A stretch of DNA of 53,001 nucleotides from Octopus bimaculoides (Eukaryota), in NCBI RefSeq assembly GCF_001194135.2, contig NC_068989.1, positions 35,082,429 to 35,135,429 of the forward strand, given 5' to 3'. The position numbers and the translations under genes were made by a program. Shown here piece after piece: positions 1-12,393 of this stretch. The first letter of the stretch is position 1. Every line of letters begins with the position of its first letter. The notes under the pieces are model-generated. The model saw only the letters and a program-made list of their open reading frames with translations. It did no database searches and was not told where the DNA came from.

Positions 1-5
1 AATCT

Positions 6-372
6 TGTAGTAACGCCGTGCGCATGCGTAGTCTCACGCATGCGTAGAATTAAACAACCAAGCGTTTCCCGCTCAATTCATTCTCTTTCTCGCTGGCCAG
101 CGATTGAGCATGGACATGTTTAAGCTGTCTCTCTACATCTTTCGGACTTACGCTCGACAGCTCGCTCACATCTATAGAACAACGTCCCAGCACTATGCTC
201 ATACACACAGAAGCTGTAACAACAAGAACTAAAGATGTGTTTATATGTTTACCACCTGAATAAATGTTGTTTAAGTTGTTTAGTCTGGAGTTCAGCGTTC
301 CGTTATATTCTAAGTTTTATAGTAGGAAAGTCAGGTATACAATCTAAAGATGTATAACCCACTTTCTACTAA
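6..372. mobile_element. Probable solo LTR
   Basis: Starts TGTAGTA (6) and ends TACTAA (372), i.e. the inverted TACTACA with one base missing. Flanked by AATCT at 1-5 and 373-377 (5-bp TSD). AATAAA at 259-264. Confidence 0.55.
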
Positions 373-2607
373 AATCTCATCTTCACTCGCAACCTAACTA
401 ATACTGTGTATTACCACTGATGAATTAACGACCAGACTTCAATGAAATAGTTTTTGTAGCATTAAGTAAATTTGAAATAAATCTGGATAGGGTAGCTTTC
501 GATGTACAAAAAATTTAACTGAGAACTGCAAATTAATAAAACAGGCTTTGACAACAATGACGCTGAATACAGCAGTAAATTTATTACGTAGCCGCTATCT
601 CTAAGTTAGGCAGACTTGTATGTAAGATATAATGTATTGCAAGGAGCACATCATGCCGTTAAAGAAACGATATGAACTGGAGACATCTTGGTTAGCTGGT
701 CGGTTTTTCTATCCCATCGACCATTCACAGCTTTTATTAATCAGTTGGATTTAAATGGATTCTAATTCAAATTTCGGTCTATTTAAGTACACAAAAGAAA
801 GTTTCATGATTGAGACATTCCATTCTTTGCATTGTAACCCATCAGCCACCCAATAATTCCCGGTTCGTTTGCTGTACATTTCCAGAATTGATCTATTTTT
901 TGGTTTCTAATTTATCCTGCTGTCTGGTGAGGCCCATGAAAGCTTAGTGCCTTGCTAGAATATCTAACACCGAACTAGGGACAAAACAAGGACTAGGTCA
1001 CGGAACTCTCTTGATGATGGGTTTATCAACTTAGTCATTCGACTATTTGTTACTTCTCTCGCTAGAATACAAAGATGTAGAAAGAAATAGGATTCGTCAA
1101 TTATGATTTAAAACCTAACGATCCTGTTTCTCATAATGATGTCCTAACAGTGCAAAAGCATAAATGTATGAGAAATAAGATAAAATAGAAGAAAAACAAA
1201 CAAACAACCGCCCCCTGCAACTCTTCCAATATTTTCACATCCTTTCCTATTTTCTTATCGGTCTCCAATCAACAGCTAAAGGTTTGGTAAACAGAAATAA
1301 TTGACTTAGTTTCTGATTTATTTTATATCGGAGAGTAAATATTTAAACTGAAGTCAGATTTCATGATAAGGTTAACATTTTATACTTTTGTCATCTCCGT
1401 ACCAAACGATATATAAACAACATAAATATTTGCTCGGTAAACCCAAACAAAAATATCTTAAACAAGAAGAACATTTACAGGCCTTCCTATTTGTTTATAT
1501 ATGTTTTACTACGTTGAATTATGACTATTGCAGATGCTAGTGGAAAGCTGTCGAACATTAACACAAGATTATGTCGCTAATAAAAATGAAAAAGCAAAAA
1601 ATAAATAAATAACAATGACAAAATTGAAAACAAAATCAGTTAGGCTCAGAATGTAAAAATATACAGAAAGTTGAACGTGAAGCAAAACTAATGTATATTC
1701 TTGGGAGAAAAATATGAAATCAGAAGGCAAAGTCTTGTAATTGATGCAATGAATCCATAACATTCCTATCAAAATACCGATTCTCAAAACAAATATTTGA
1801 CCCATCTTAGTGTACTGGGTCACCCAGATTGCAGGGTATGCATATTTTCAGCTGTGTATATAGAATGAGGTTAAGTAGAACAAAGTGCCTTGCCTTAAAT
1901 CACAAATCAACTCTTATAGTTGAAGAACAACTGAGGTTTCTTTCTTTGATTTATTAAAGTTAACCCTTTGTTTCGGTGTTATCCCTAGAGTAAGAATACT
2001 CAAACTGTTAATGGTTGAAAAAAATCAAAGCATCGTAAAAGCATTTGTTTTGATAATGAATTATTTCAATATAATATTGCATATTGTTTTAACGTACACC
2101 AGAGAAACTCCCAGTGTGTAGTATCCACTTATGAGATTACTTTGAGAAACTCAAATACTGAAGTCTTTTGGTGGAAGAAAATAACCTCCTTTTGAATAAA
2201 TAAATACGTAAATAAATAATTCAGAAAGAAGACCTCTTTAGTGATAAAAATGGTTAAAACTCTATGTAGTTGTAAAAACAAAAACGAAAAAAAATAAGTT
2301 GAGATTCTGTTGTGTATGCAAAGAAGAAAAAACAATTTTTGGTATACAAAGCTATGTATATCAGAGGATTTTGTTGTTGTTTAGCCCCAGATTAGTCCTG
2401 ACTGAGTAGAACGACTATAAAATTTCTTATGAAGAAGTGTTCCAGTGGTAACCACCTCATCTTATAAGAGAACTTAGGACTAACTAATGACTTGTAGGTA
2501 CACGGTATTTCGTTATGCAACCGTAATATACTATCGGGCTGAGTAAAAAGTAAGCAACGTTTTGAAACATGAAATTCATCACAATATATTTCAACAAAGT
2601 GAAAATT

Positions 2608-3644
2608 TTATTCCTCAAAGTAAGTACCATTATAATCAACACATGTTTGCCAACGAGTTGAAAGTTTGTTTATTCCGGTGTCATAAAAATCTGGAGTTCT
2701 GAAACTGATGAACTCTTTGAACGCACTTTCAGCATCGGTTTGATTTTTTAACCCTTTCTCTCGCAGGAAACCATCAAGGTGTTTGAAAAAGCGGCAGTTG
2801 GTAGGAGAAAGGTCTGGGGAATAAGCTGGATGGGGAAGAACTTCGTAGCCAAGTTCGCTCAACTTCTGGAGCGTCATTAGTGAAACGTGTGGTCAAGCAT
2901 TGTCATGAAGAATGATTGGTCCTCTTCTGTTAACCAGTCTGGGATGCAGGAGTAGCAGTTTTTTTAAAATTCATTTTGGCAATTTCATGGCAATATGTTT
3001 CTGTAGTAATGGGTTTTCCGGGTTTTGAGAAGTTATAATGGATAAGTCCAGCAGTACACCACCAAACAGTCACCATAACCTTCTTTTTGAAGAGCTCAGA
3101 TTTAGGGAAGGCTTTCGGTGCTTCATCTTTGTCCAACCACTGCGCAGAACGTTTTATATTATTGTACAGAATCCACTTTTCATCGCAAGTTACAATACGG
3201 TCGAGAAATGGATCGTTCTGGTTACGGAGAAGAAGCGACGAGCAAATTTCATATCTGCACATTTATAATTTTCATTCAAATCGTGTGGTACCAATTTGTC
3301 GAGCTTTAAAAAATTTTTTTTCGATCGCATGCAAATGGTTACAGGAAGTTTTCTGGTTAACTTGAAGTTCTTTTGCCAGTTTTCGAGTTGTTTTAACGCG
3401 GATCTTTCTCAATGACGGTTTTTAATTAACCGTCATCGATGACAGATGGGCATCCACAACGCTCACGATCATCAAGGCTCAGGTTTCCACTGCAAAATCG
3501 TTTAAATCATTTTCGAGCTGATCACTCACTGGTCATTTCCTCACCAAACGTTTCGTTGATATCGCGAGCAGTTTCAGTTGCTTTACATCCCCTTTTGAAG
3601 TTAAATAGCAAAATTGCTCGAATATCGCGCTTTGACAGTTCCAT
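2608..3644 (-). pseudogene. Mariner transposase pseudogene (~345 codons, stops and frameshifts)
   Basis: Reads MELSKRDIRAILLFNFKRGCKATETARDIN..., DRIVTCDEKWILY, VMVTVWW and HPAYSPDLSPTN (the third catalytic D appears mutated to N). ORF-track pieces 2930-3262 and 2608-2877. Confidence 0.93.
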
Positions 3645-3661
3645 TTTAGATGATTGTAACA

Positions 3662-4227
3662 GGGGGCCAAACATAGAGGGAGGGTTCGATAGTGCGTATG
3701 GTTTTTATACGGAGGTGAAAAGTTTAAAATTTATATAATCGAATGATAAACAAATGGTAAGCAAAACAAATACACAAGCAATGAAGTGGGGGACGGGTTT
3801 TGCTTCGACCCCGCATTCATTCGCAATAAACTCGCCACATCCTTCCATCTTTTTCCATGTACATCAGGTGACAGACATTTTATCTCCAGCCTTATATTCC
3901 TTGTAAGGTGGTAGATGAGGAAATGGACCAGTCCAAGGCTGGAGATGAATGTGCCTGTCACGATTCCTTTCACATGGGTCTTCCATACCGCTACTTTCGT
4001 TATAGCGACCACAGCGAGAAAACAAGCCTTGCCTTCTTTGTTAGAAGAGGCAGGAGGAACAATCTTTACAATCGACTCGGATGACAGCTGTACTTTTCCT
4101 AGCCGTGACAGCAGATATTCAACGTAAACCCACATCTCAGAGATTTTGGGGCATTGCACAATTGCGTGCAGAATAGTTTCTCTGTCCTGCTCGCATCTTG
4201 GGCATGTGGGTGCGCAAGGGACACCAT
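3662..4227 (-). mobile_element. 5'-truncated L1/Tx1-type LINE (ORF2 C-terminal zinc knuckle plus 3' UTR)
   Basis: Translates to CPRCEQDRETILHAIVQCPKISEMW... Flanked by a 14-bp direct repeat AGAT(G/A)ATTGTAACA at 3648-3661 and 4228-4241. 3' UTR ends CCCTCTATGTTTGGCCCC. Confidence 0.85.
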
Positions 4228-4514
4228 AGATAATTGTAACAACGGTGAAAAACTATCAATGTTAATTTATTGACGCGTTTGGGCAAATCTGCTGAAAGTG
4301 CATTCAAAGAGTTCGTCAGCTCCAGAACTCCAGATGTTTATGTTACCGGAATAAACAAACTTGTAACTCGTTGGCAAAAATGTGTTGATTGTAATGGTAC
4401 TTACTTTGAGGAATAAAATTTTCGCTTTGTTGAAATATATTTTGATGAATTTCATGTTTCAAAACGTTGCTTACTTTTTACTGAGCCTGATAGTATATTA
4501 CAGTTGCATAACGA

Positions 4515-4551
4515 AATATGCCGTAAGTACTTGGAGTACTTACGGCATATT
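4515..4551. repeat. Perfect 17-bp-stem hairpin with 3-nt loop
   Basis: AATATGCCGTAAGTACT-TGG-AGTACTTACGGCATATT. Confidence 0.95.
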
Positions 4552-4775
4552 CCACCACAAACATTTCTTGGTGTTCTTATTTTTTATTCTCTTAATTTTT
4601 GTGGTGTTGAAAATCACTAACGTATTCACTTTTTTTTTGTTTTAGAGTTTGTAGATCGCTGTCTCAAATCTGTTTAAGACAACTTTGCATACAAAACATA
4701 TATGCACACATATACGATTAAAATATAAATGTGTGTGTGAGTATGTATACACTCACACACATACATAAATGCATG

Positions 4776-4821
<46 letters not shown>

Positions 4822-6400
4822 CTAGCAGAAATGTCCAGCGTTGCTCGGGGCTTAATTGCTTTAAAGTACTCGATTCTAGTCAATTATGATTATTGAGGCA
4901 AAGATTGATGTAAGTTTACGCCCAACCAATCGATTTGCAACTGGATAGAAAGCCCCGCAAAGAGCATTGCAACACTCTCAGAAGGGGGTAGCAATACAAT
5001 GTGAGGTGGCCCTGAAATGGCTGTGTTATCGTTCTAACAATTGTAACAATTTGGTAGGTAGTCCTGGAAGGGTGTGTAAAACGTTCGCACGTGAATACAG
5101 CGTCTTTCTTTTCCATCAACGGCAGCGGACGTTCGGAAGACCTGGAAGCAGCAGTAGCTTCAGCGTTTGTAGCCAGTCGAGTGGCCCTTTGTTCCTGACC
5201 CTCTGAAGCCCTGGAAACAGCATTAGCAGTAGCGTTTCTAGGCAGGCGAGTCGNNNNNNNNNNNNNNNNNNNNNNNNNNNNNNNNNNNNNNNNNCAGCAT
5301 TGTATGAAGCCATTTTGGTTAGGCGTACGGTATGCTGTTGGAAACTTTCAGCAGCTCGGCTTTCCGCTGAACGTAAGGCGCTCTGTGAAAGTCTAAAAGG
5401 TGTTTGGTCGGAGGACTCGTTTGCTGAAATCACGGTACTGACGCGGTATGGAGACTTCTCTTTTTCGGTGGCATTTCATGTCCCAAAGAAAGGGTGAACG
5501 TTAGTTGTACAGAGAAATTGTCTTGGAAAGTATGCGTAAAATTGAAGGGGGAAAGGGTGATAAGAAACGGCAAATAAATAAATAAACTGACAGGTATTTG
5601 TATGTATGTGTGTATTTGTATGTATGTATGTATGTATGAATGTATTAGTGTGTATTCCTCCTCTCTCTCTATATATATGGTAGTAAGTAAATGTGTTTTA
5701 AAAAAGATTAAAAAAAACACTTTGTAGGGAATAAATGTTTGACTGTCGATTGTATTTGAAAAAAATTGACAAGTATTTGTATGTATGTGTATTTGTATGT
5801 ATGTATGTATGTATGTATGTATGTATGTATGTATGTATGTATGTATGTATGAGTGTGTATTCTCTCTATATATGGTAGTAAGTAAATGTATTTTAAAAAA
5901 AGATTTTCAAAAACTCACAGTGTAGGGAATAAATGTCTGACTGTCGACGTGAAAGTTACTTGTACAGAGAAATTGTCTTGAAAAGTATGCTTAAAATTGA
6001 AGGGGGAAAGGGTGATAAGAAACGGCAAATAAATATAAAAACTGACAGGTGTTTGTATGTATGTATGTATTTGTATGTATGTATGTATGTATGTATGTAT
6101 GTATGTATGTATGTATGTATTTGTATGTATGTGTGTATTAGTGTGTATTGTCTCTCTGTATATATATATGGTAGTAAGTAAATGTGTTTTAAGAAAGATT
6201 TTCAAAAAATTCACAGTTTGTAGGGAATAAATGTTTGACTGTCGATTGTATTTGAAAAAGATTGACAGGTATTTGTATGTATGTGTTTATTTGTATGTAT
6301 GTGTGTATTTGTATGTATGTATATATATGGTTTGTAGGGAATAAATGTTTGTGATCGTATTTGAAAAAGATGTGTCGCTATTTTTTTTTTTTATCTTGGT
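4822..6400 (-). mobile_element. Internally deleted Helitron-like element; 5' limit uncertain
   Basis: Minus-strand 3' end CCGAGCAACGCTGG hairpin followed by CTAG|T at 4822. Frameshifted MPPKKRS...LRSAESRAAESFQQHTVRL resembles the N-terminus of Helitron Rep/Hel proteins. Confidence 0.55.
5500..6360. repeat. Irregular tandem duplications of 100-450 bp containing (TATG)n
   Basis: GTAGGGAATAAATGT recurs near 5724, 5923, 6220 and 6335. Block 5500-5720 recurs at 5955-6215. Confidence 0.9.
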
Positions 6401-6940
6401 GAATGACGGTGTTAGAAATGGAAAGTGAACTTACAATTCCCGCCAAGTAGAATGAAGTCATTGGTAACCATAGGTACATGTATGTGTAGATATATGTGTG
6501 TATTTACGTATGATTGGTAGTATGTCTGTTTATTTGACTCTCTCTCTTTCTCCTTCGTTTCTTTCTGTCTTTTTTCTTGGATCGTTCGTAAACGTTCATA
6601 AGAGAAAGTAGCTGTTGAAACGATTTGCAATTGGAGTAGAAAGAGTAAATTAGATTGTGTTAGAGGGGAAAATGATTATGTATGTAGTTTTATCGATTTT
6701 TTTTGTAATTAGGAGTTATTTTGACTGAAAAAATGACCCTATGACCTACGTTATGGTATTTAGAATATTAATCCCGATGTTTTCCTCCACTAAATTTGGA
6801 ATTGTGTAAATGTATAANNNNNNNNNNNNNNNNNNNNNNNNNNNNNNNNNNNNNNNNNNNNNNNNNNNNNNNNNNNNNNNNNNNNNNNNNNNNNNNNNNN
6901 NNNNNNNNNNNNNNNNNNNNNNNNNNNNNNNNNNNNNNNN

Positions 6941-6979
<39 letters not shown>

Positions 6980-7176
6980 GCTAAGATTCGAAACTGAATC
7001 CACATTTTTCCACATTGTCAAACAAATCTTCAGTCTATTGTTTTCGCCTTTCTGCACTCAGAAATTATTGTAAATAAGTTGACTTCTCGATCTTTCTCTG
7101 GTAATTAGAAAGGTCAATCCTGATATACTGCAAAAATAAATTGTTTTAGTTCGACCTTACTTTAATTGGTTTCACA

Positions 7177-7365
7177 TTTTGGCACAAGGCCAGTAAATAG
7201 ATCACATCGACCCCCCAGTGCTTAACTGGTACTCATTTTATCAATCTAGAAAGGATGAAAGGCAAAGTCAACCTCGGCGGAATTTGAACTCAGAACTTCG
7301 AAGACGGACGAAATGCTGCTAAGCATTTTGTCCGTCGTGATCACGCTTCTGCCTGCTCGTTGCCT
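7177..7365 (-). mobile_element. tRNA-type SINE, family A
   Basis: GGCAAAGTCAACCTCGGCGGAATTTGAACTCAGAAC core, shared with more than 10 other copies in the window. Confidence 0.9.
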
Positions 7366-8244
7366 TTAATTAGCAACAATATAAATACATGAGCCAAATA
7401 ACTTCCAGCCTCTTTGGTTGCTGCCTTCGATCAATGAGCACTTCGGTCGGTACCAATGTAGAGGAAAGAGACAACACACTGCTTATACTCTCTCTTTTGG
7501 TAACACGGCGTCAATCAAGAGCATTCGACCAGTCACTAGTTAAAGAAGCATAGACTTATCACTCTCTATAATTATAAAGGCTCTTTTATTCTTTCCCTCT
7601 TTCTAGCAGCACAGAGATGAAGCTAGCTCCCACACAGAATGAACCATGGAACCAGAATATATTTGACTGCAACAAACAAATAACATGTGTACACAAGCAG
7701 CTCGTCCCAGTTGTAGATTTCTTATATATTCTAACGACTAGTATTATAACCAACTTAATAAATGACCACTTTAACAATCAATCAAATATTGTTCTTTCCA
7801 TCATTTTTCTGATGCAAACTTCAACGTTTAAATTTCGTTCGTTACATTTTGGTGACACCTTTCTTTCAAAATTCGTTACTTCCAAGACAGGAATTACACG
7901 CTTTCTGAACCGATTGTAGTATGCAAAAATCGTTACACTCGACTTTAAGGAAATACAGCTTTCTCTTCAAACAAACATGCAACTTTTTTTCGATTAGAGA
8001 TATAACAACTTTCTATTATTAGAAACGAAATCAAATCCTGCTTAGGTCAAAACCCATATGCATCTGTAGCAGATAGGATTGGCAAAAGCATAAATAACAA
8101 ACTATTCTCTCTCCCTTTTATTTATAGTTGTTGTTTGGACATAGCAGAAAACGCTTAGCTATAAAGCGCATGTTTTAACCATTTGCTCTGATTAGTTAGT
8201 TTTTAGGCGCAAATTGTCTCCTAAACAATTACGCCTAATTATCC

Positions 8245-8340
8245 GGTCAGCCAATCAGATGCGCTCAAATGGATCACGTGTTCTCTTGGCGGAAAAACCT
8301 TTCACATCTCTGTGGAACCCAGCAATTTCTTTAAATAGAT
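8245..8340 (+). promoter_or_regulatory. Promoter-like motif cluster
   Basis: CCAAT at 8251, CACGTG E-box at 8275, E2F-like TTGGCGGAAAA at 8286, TATA-like TTTAAATAG at 8330. Locally CpG-richer than the flanks. Confidence 0.3.
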
Positions 8341-8590
8341 CGGTTTTTCTCCGTTTAGGGAGTCTAGCTTGCGCTTGCTACCAGGAAGCTATTGCTCGCT
8401 TTCTCCGTGTTACGACACAATGAAATTCATTACTTTCGACACCGCTGATATCGCCGCTACCAGCTCTTACTAACCCTAATGCCGACAACAACAACATCAT
8501 AATTCATCCTCGTGCATGTAAACTCACTAAGTGAATATGACTTTTAGTGTTCCTACAGAAACCTTCACTTACCTTACACATGCATTTGCA

Positions 8591-9850
8591 GATACAAACA
8601 TAGGACAGGAAAACAACAGGCCCTTTCTCGTCATTCTAACATTGTATCTATTGCATTGCAGACACTACCAATTCAATAGTGCAACCCATGTTTAATGTCA
8701 TTTCACACTCATTTTGAATTATGCAGCAATCTTATGTTCTCTTCATAGAATACTTGTAATGTATGTATTACCAGTTCTTTTGGTATGGTAGATTTTTGCT
8801 ATTCTTGTTTATGTCTCCTCACAGACATGTATATTCTAACAAGTCGCTTCTTAAATTTCGCACCCCTCTTGTTCAATAAACACTGAGGTAAACTTGCAAA
8901 GCTATTTATTTTCTCCTTTCGATTTTTAATGTTTATTTTAGCGGGTTATCAAACTATCAGTTTGGTCTCCCTGCTAAACATCCCTCTTCAATTTTCTGTT
9001 CACAACAACAAATGTAGTCCGAGCTAAATTCCACAGTTCCACTTTTAACTGGCTACAACACGCTTTTTACCTATTAAAACAATGAAATTGACTGCGATGC
9101 TCTTCACTGAATAACCAAATTTCATACCTAAAGCTTTATATTTACCGGAAACCACACAGAAACTGCACATGTAGAGAACTAACTGCTGTCCACTCAAAAC
9201 TAGGTGATTCTATGGAAGCCGCAAACGCAACATANNNNNNNNNNNNNNNNNNNNNNNNNNNNNNNNNNNNNNNNNNNNNNNNNNNNNNNNNNNNNNNNNN
9301 NNNNNNNNNNNNNNNNNNNNNNNNNNNNNNNNNNNNNNNNNNNNNNNNNNNNNNNNNNNNNNNNNNNNNNNNNNNNNNNNNNNNNNNNNNNNNNNNNNNN
9401 NNNNNNNNNNNNNNNNNNNNNNNNNNNNNNNNNNNNNNNNNNNNNNNNNNNNNNNNNNNNNNNNNNNNNNNNNNNNNNNNNNNNNNNNNNNNNNNNNNNN
9501 NNNNNNNNNNNNNNNNNNNNNNNNNNNNNNNNNNNNNNNNNNNNNNNNNNNNNNNNNNNNNNNNNNNNNNNNNNNNNNNNNNNNNNNNNNNNNNNNNNNN
9601 NNNNNNNNNNNNNNNNNNNNNNNNNNNNNNNNNNNNNNNNNNNNNNNNNNNNNNNNNNNNNNNNNNNNNNNNNNNNNNNNNNNNNNNNNNNNNNNNNNNN
9701 NNNNNNNNNNNNNNNNNNNNNNNNNNNNNNNNNNNNNNNNNNNNNNNNNNNNNNNNNNNNNNNNNNNNNNNNNNNNNNNNNNNNNNNNNNNNNNNNNNNN
9801 NNNNNNNNNNNNNNNNNNNNNNNNNNNNNNNNNNNNNNNNNNNNNNNNNN

Positions 9851-9912
<62 letters not shown>

Positions 9913-10025
9913 ACACATACATTTACTGATACAAACATAGGACAGGAAAACAACAGGCCCTTTCTCGTCATTCTAACATTGCATCTATTGCATTGCAGAC
10001 ACTGTCAATTCAGTAGTGCAACCCA
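8591..10025 (+). repeat. 98-bp dispersed direct repeat (8591-8688 and 9928-10025)
   Basis: GATACAAACATAGGACAGG...GTGCAACCCA, about 4 mismatches between copies. Confidence 0.9.
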
Positions 10026-10319
10026 AAGAAAACAATCCACAAACACAAGACACACTCTATACAGATAAACTCAACAAGATAAACATCACCCACAACATGT
10101 ATTCTACAGGTCGGATACTCAACAGAAAAACAGAACTCGCATTACTCACACAACACACAATACAAACACTAATACAACAAACGACTCTAGCCAAGCCCCA
10201 TAACAAAACAGTTTGTACTCCTCCAATACCAAAGAGAAAAAGAAAACGAAATAAAACAAAACAAACAAGAACAACATACAATGGTGCACACACCCTAGCA
10301 ACACGGAGGCGTAGCAGGT

Positions 10320-12142
10320 GATGCAGTATGTCTAGCCTTAATACCTCTCTCGAAATTGCTCGATGATGTACAATACGATTATAAAATGTTTGATAAAAAT
10401 ATAAATCATCTCATTTACATGGATGATTTAAGGCTCTTTGCAAAAAATAACCAACTACTACAGGGCTTACTAGGATGCAATTTGACCTCGATAAATATGC
10501 AAAGGCTACCTTTATCAAAGGAAAAATGACAGAAATATCCAATGTTAATCTTGACCAGTAGAATGTAATAAAGGAATTAGAACCAGCAAGAGCTACAAAT
10601 AACTAGGGGTATTTGAAGGGGATAAAATCAAACATTCAGTGATGAGGGAAAGGATAAGAAGAGAATGTTATTACAGGGTAAGGGCAATACTCAAGACAGA
10701 GCTGAATGCAAGAAACAGGATCGAAGCGATCAATACTTTAGCCATACTAGTCGTGACTTATAGTTTCAGTATCATTAATTGGTCAATTACTGAAATATGT
10801 AATCTTAACAAATAAAAAACAAAACAAAAAAAAACCCCGAAAATTACTGACAATGCATAGAATGCACTGCCATAAGGCAGATATAGAATGACTTTACCTG
10901 CCAAGAAAAAGGGTGGCCGTGGAATTAACAATGAAGATTTCCACAATTGGCCTAGACACCTACCAGAAAAACTCTGATGACTGGTTGTTACAATTTGTCT
11001 CAAAGCATGAAAACAAGAAAGCATCATACTCAGTAATAAAACAGGCAGAGCAATTTCTAAGTAAATTCCAAATACAGCAAATTCCAGAATTAGACGTACT
11101 AGGAACAAGCACAGAAAAAGCTGAGCGTATGAAAACCCGTGCTAAAACTGCTGCCTTAGATATTCTTACTGATAAATGGCAAGAAAAACCTCTCAAAGGT
11201 AAATACCTAAAAAGAGCTAATATTGCTGAAGTTGACAAAGCCCTTACCCATCAATGGTTAGTGTCTTCTGGTTTAAAATCAGAAACAGAAGGGTTCATCA
11301 TAGCAGCCCAAGATCAATGCCTATCTACAAGAAACTACCAAGCCAACATATTAAAGAAAGGCAGTAGCCCAACATGTCGTGTATGTAAACAACAAAAGGA
11401 AACCATTGATCATGTTGCCTCCATGTGCAGTCTTCTCGCAGCTACAGAGTATCTCAACAGGCATGATAGAGCAGCACATTATATTCACTGGGTAATTTGC
11501 GAAAACCTGAACCTGTCCCATGATAAAAACTGATGGGAACACAAACCACCTCCAGTGCTTGAAAATAATCACATCTCGTTCCTCTGGAATTTCACCATTC
11601 AAACTGACAGAAAGATAGATGTGAATAGGCCAGACACAGGCCAGACATTATATTGAAAGACTTCAAACAAAAATCATACCTCCTCATTGATAAGACTGTC
11701 TCAATCAGCATAAATGTATTTGTCAAGACCTACCAAAAACTGAGCAAGTATAAAAATCTTGAAATAGAAATTGGCAAAATGTGGAACCTGAAGACTAAAA
11801 CAATACCTGTTGTCATAGGTGCCTTAGGAATGATAGCAAAAGGGGCTGGTTGCAACCTAGCTCAGATGCTAGGAAACCCCAAAATGGCAGAAATTCAAAA
11901 GATAATGCTTATGGGAACTTCTCATATCCTACATAAAATACTGTCTATGTAATCTCAAATTTTAAAACAAACTCATAATCTTCTTGTTTTCATAAACGTT
12001 CTTTGGAACAATACTATGTGCAAAACCAAATATATGACACCCTAGGCATAACATCAACATGAACTTCTTACTTGTTGTCTCTTGAGGTCTCTGGGTGAGA
12101 CTTGGAGCCAACTTGTACAAATACAAAGCAAAAGTCAACCAT
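10320..12142 (+). mobile_element. 5'-truncated R4/Dong-like non-LTR retrotransposon (RT plus restriction-like endonuclease), pseudogenised
   Basis: INHLIYMDDLRLF (RT), LYLPRKKGGRG, CRVCKQQKETIDHVASMC (CCHC), RHD, RPDI and IDKTV...KLSKYKNL (PD-(D/E)xK). 3' UTR runs into (TAA)n at 12143-12170. Confidence 0.9.
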
Positions 12143-12170
12143 ATAATAATGATAATAATAATAATAATAA

Positions 12171-12382
12171 TCCTTTCTACTATAGGCACAAGACCTGAAA
12201 TTTAGGGGAGGGGGATAATCGATTACATCGACCCCACCAGCACTTGACTAGTACTTATTTTATCGACCCGGAAAGGATGAAAGGCAAAGTCGACCTCGAC
12301 AGAATTTGAACTCAGAATGTAGCGACGGGCGAAATACCGCTAAACATTTCGTCTAGCGTGCTAACGATTCTGTCAACTTGCC
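12171..12382 (-). mobile_element. Full-length SINE family A with (ATT)n tail
   Basis: A-box-like TGACAGAATCG, B-box GAGTTCAAATTC, 3' end TGTGCCTATAGTAGAAAGG(ATT)n. Confidence 0.92.
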
Positions 12383-12393
12383 AATAATAATGA

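Larger units (their letters stand above)
2501..4527 (-). mobile_element. Mariner (Hsmar1/cecropia-like) DNA transposon with ~230-bp terminal inverted repeats, interrupted by a LINE fragment
   Basis: 2503-2734 and 4290-4524 are inverted copies with about 16 mismatches. Inner TIR core TA|TCGGGCTGAGTAAAAAGTAAGCAACGTTTT resembles the Hsmar1 TIR. TA at 2499-2500 and 4528-4529. Transposase lies between the arms. Confidence 0.8.

Noticed and set aside
9142-9971. Long ORFs containing X runs (also near 38300-39100, 47150-47850, 48600-49200, 50670-51770)
   Set aside because: They are artefacts of N gaps and simple repeats.
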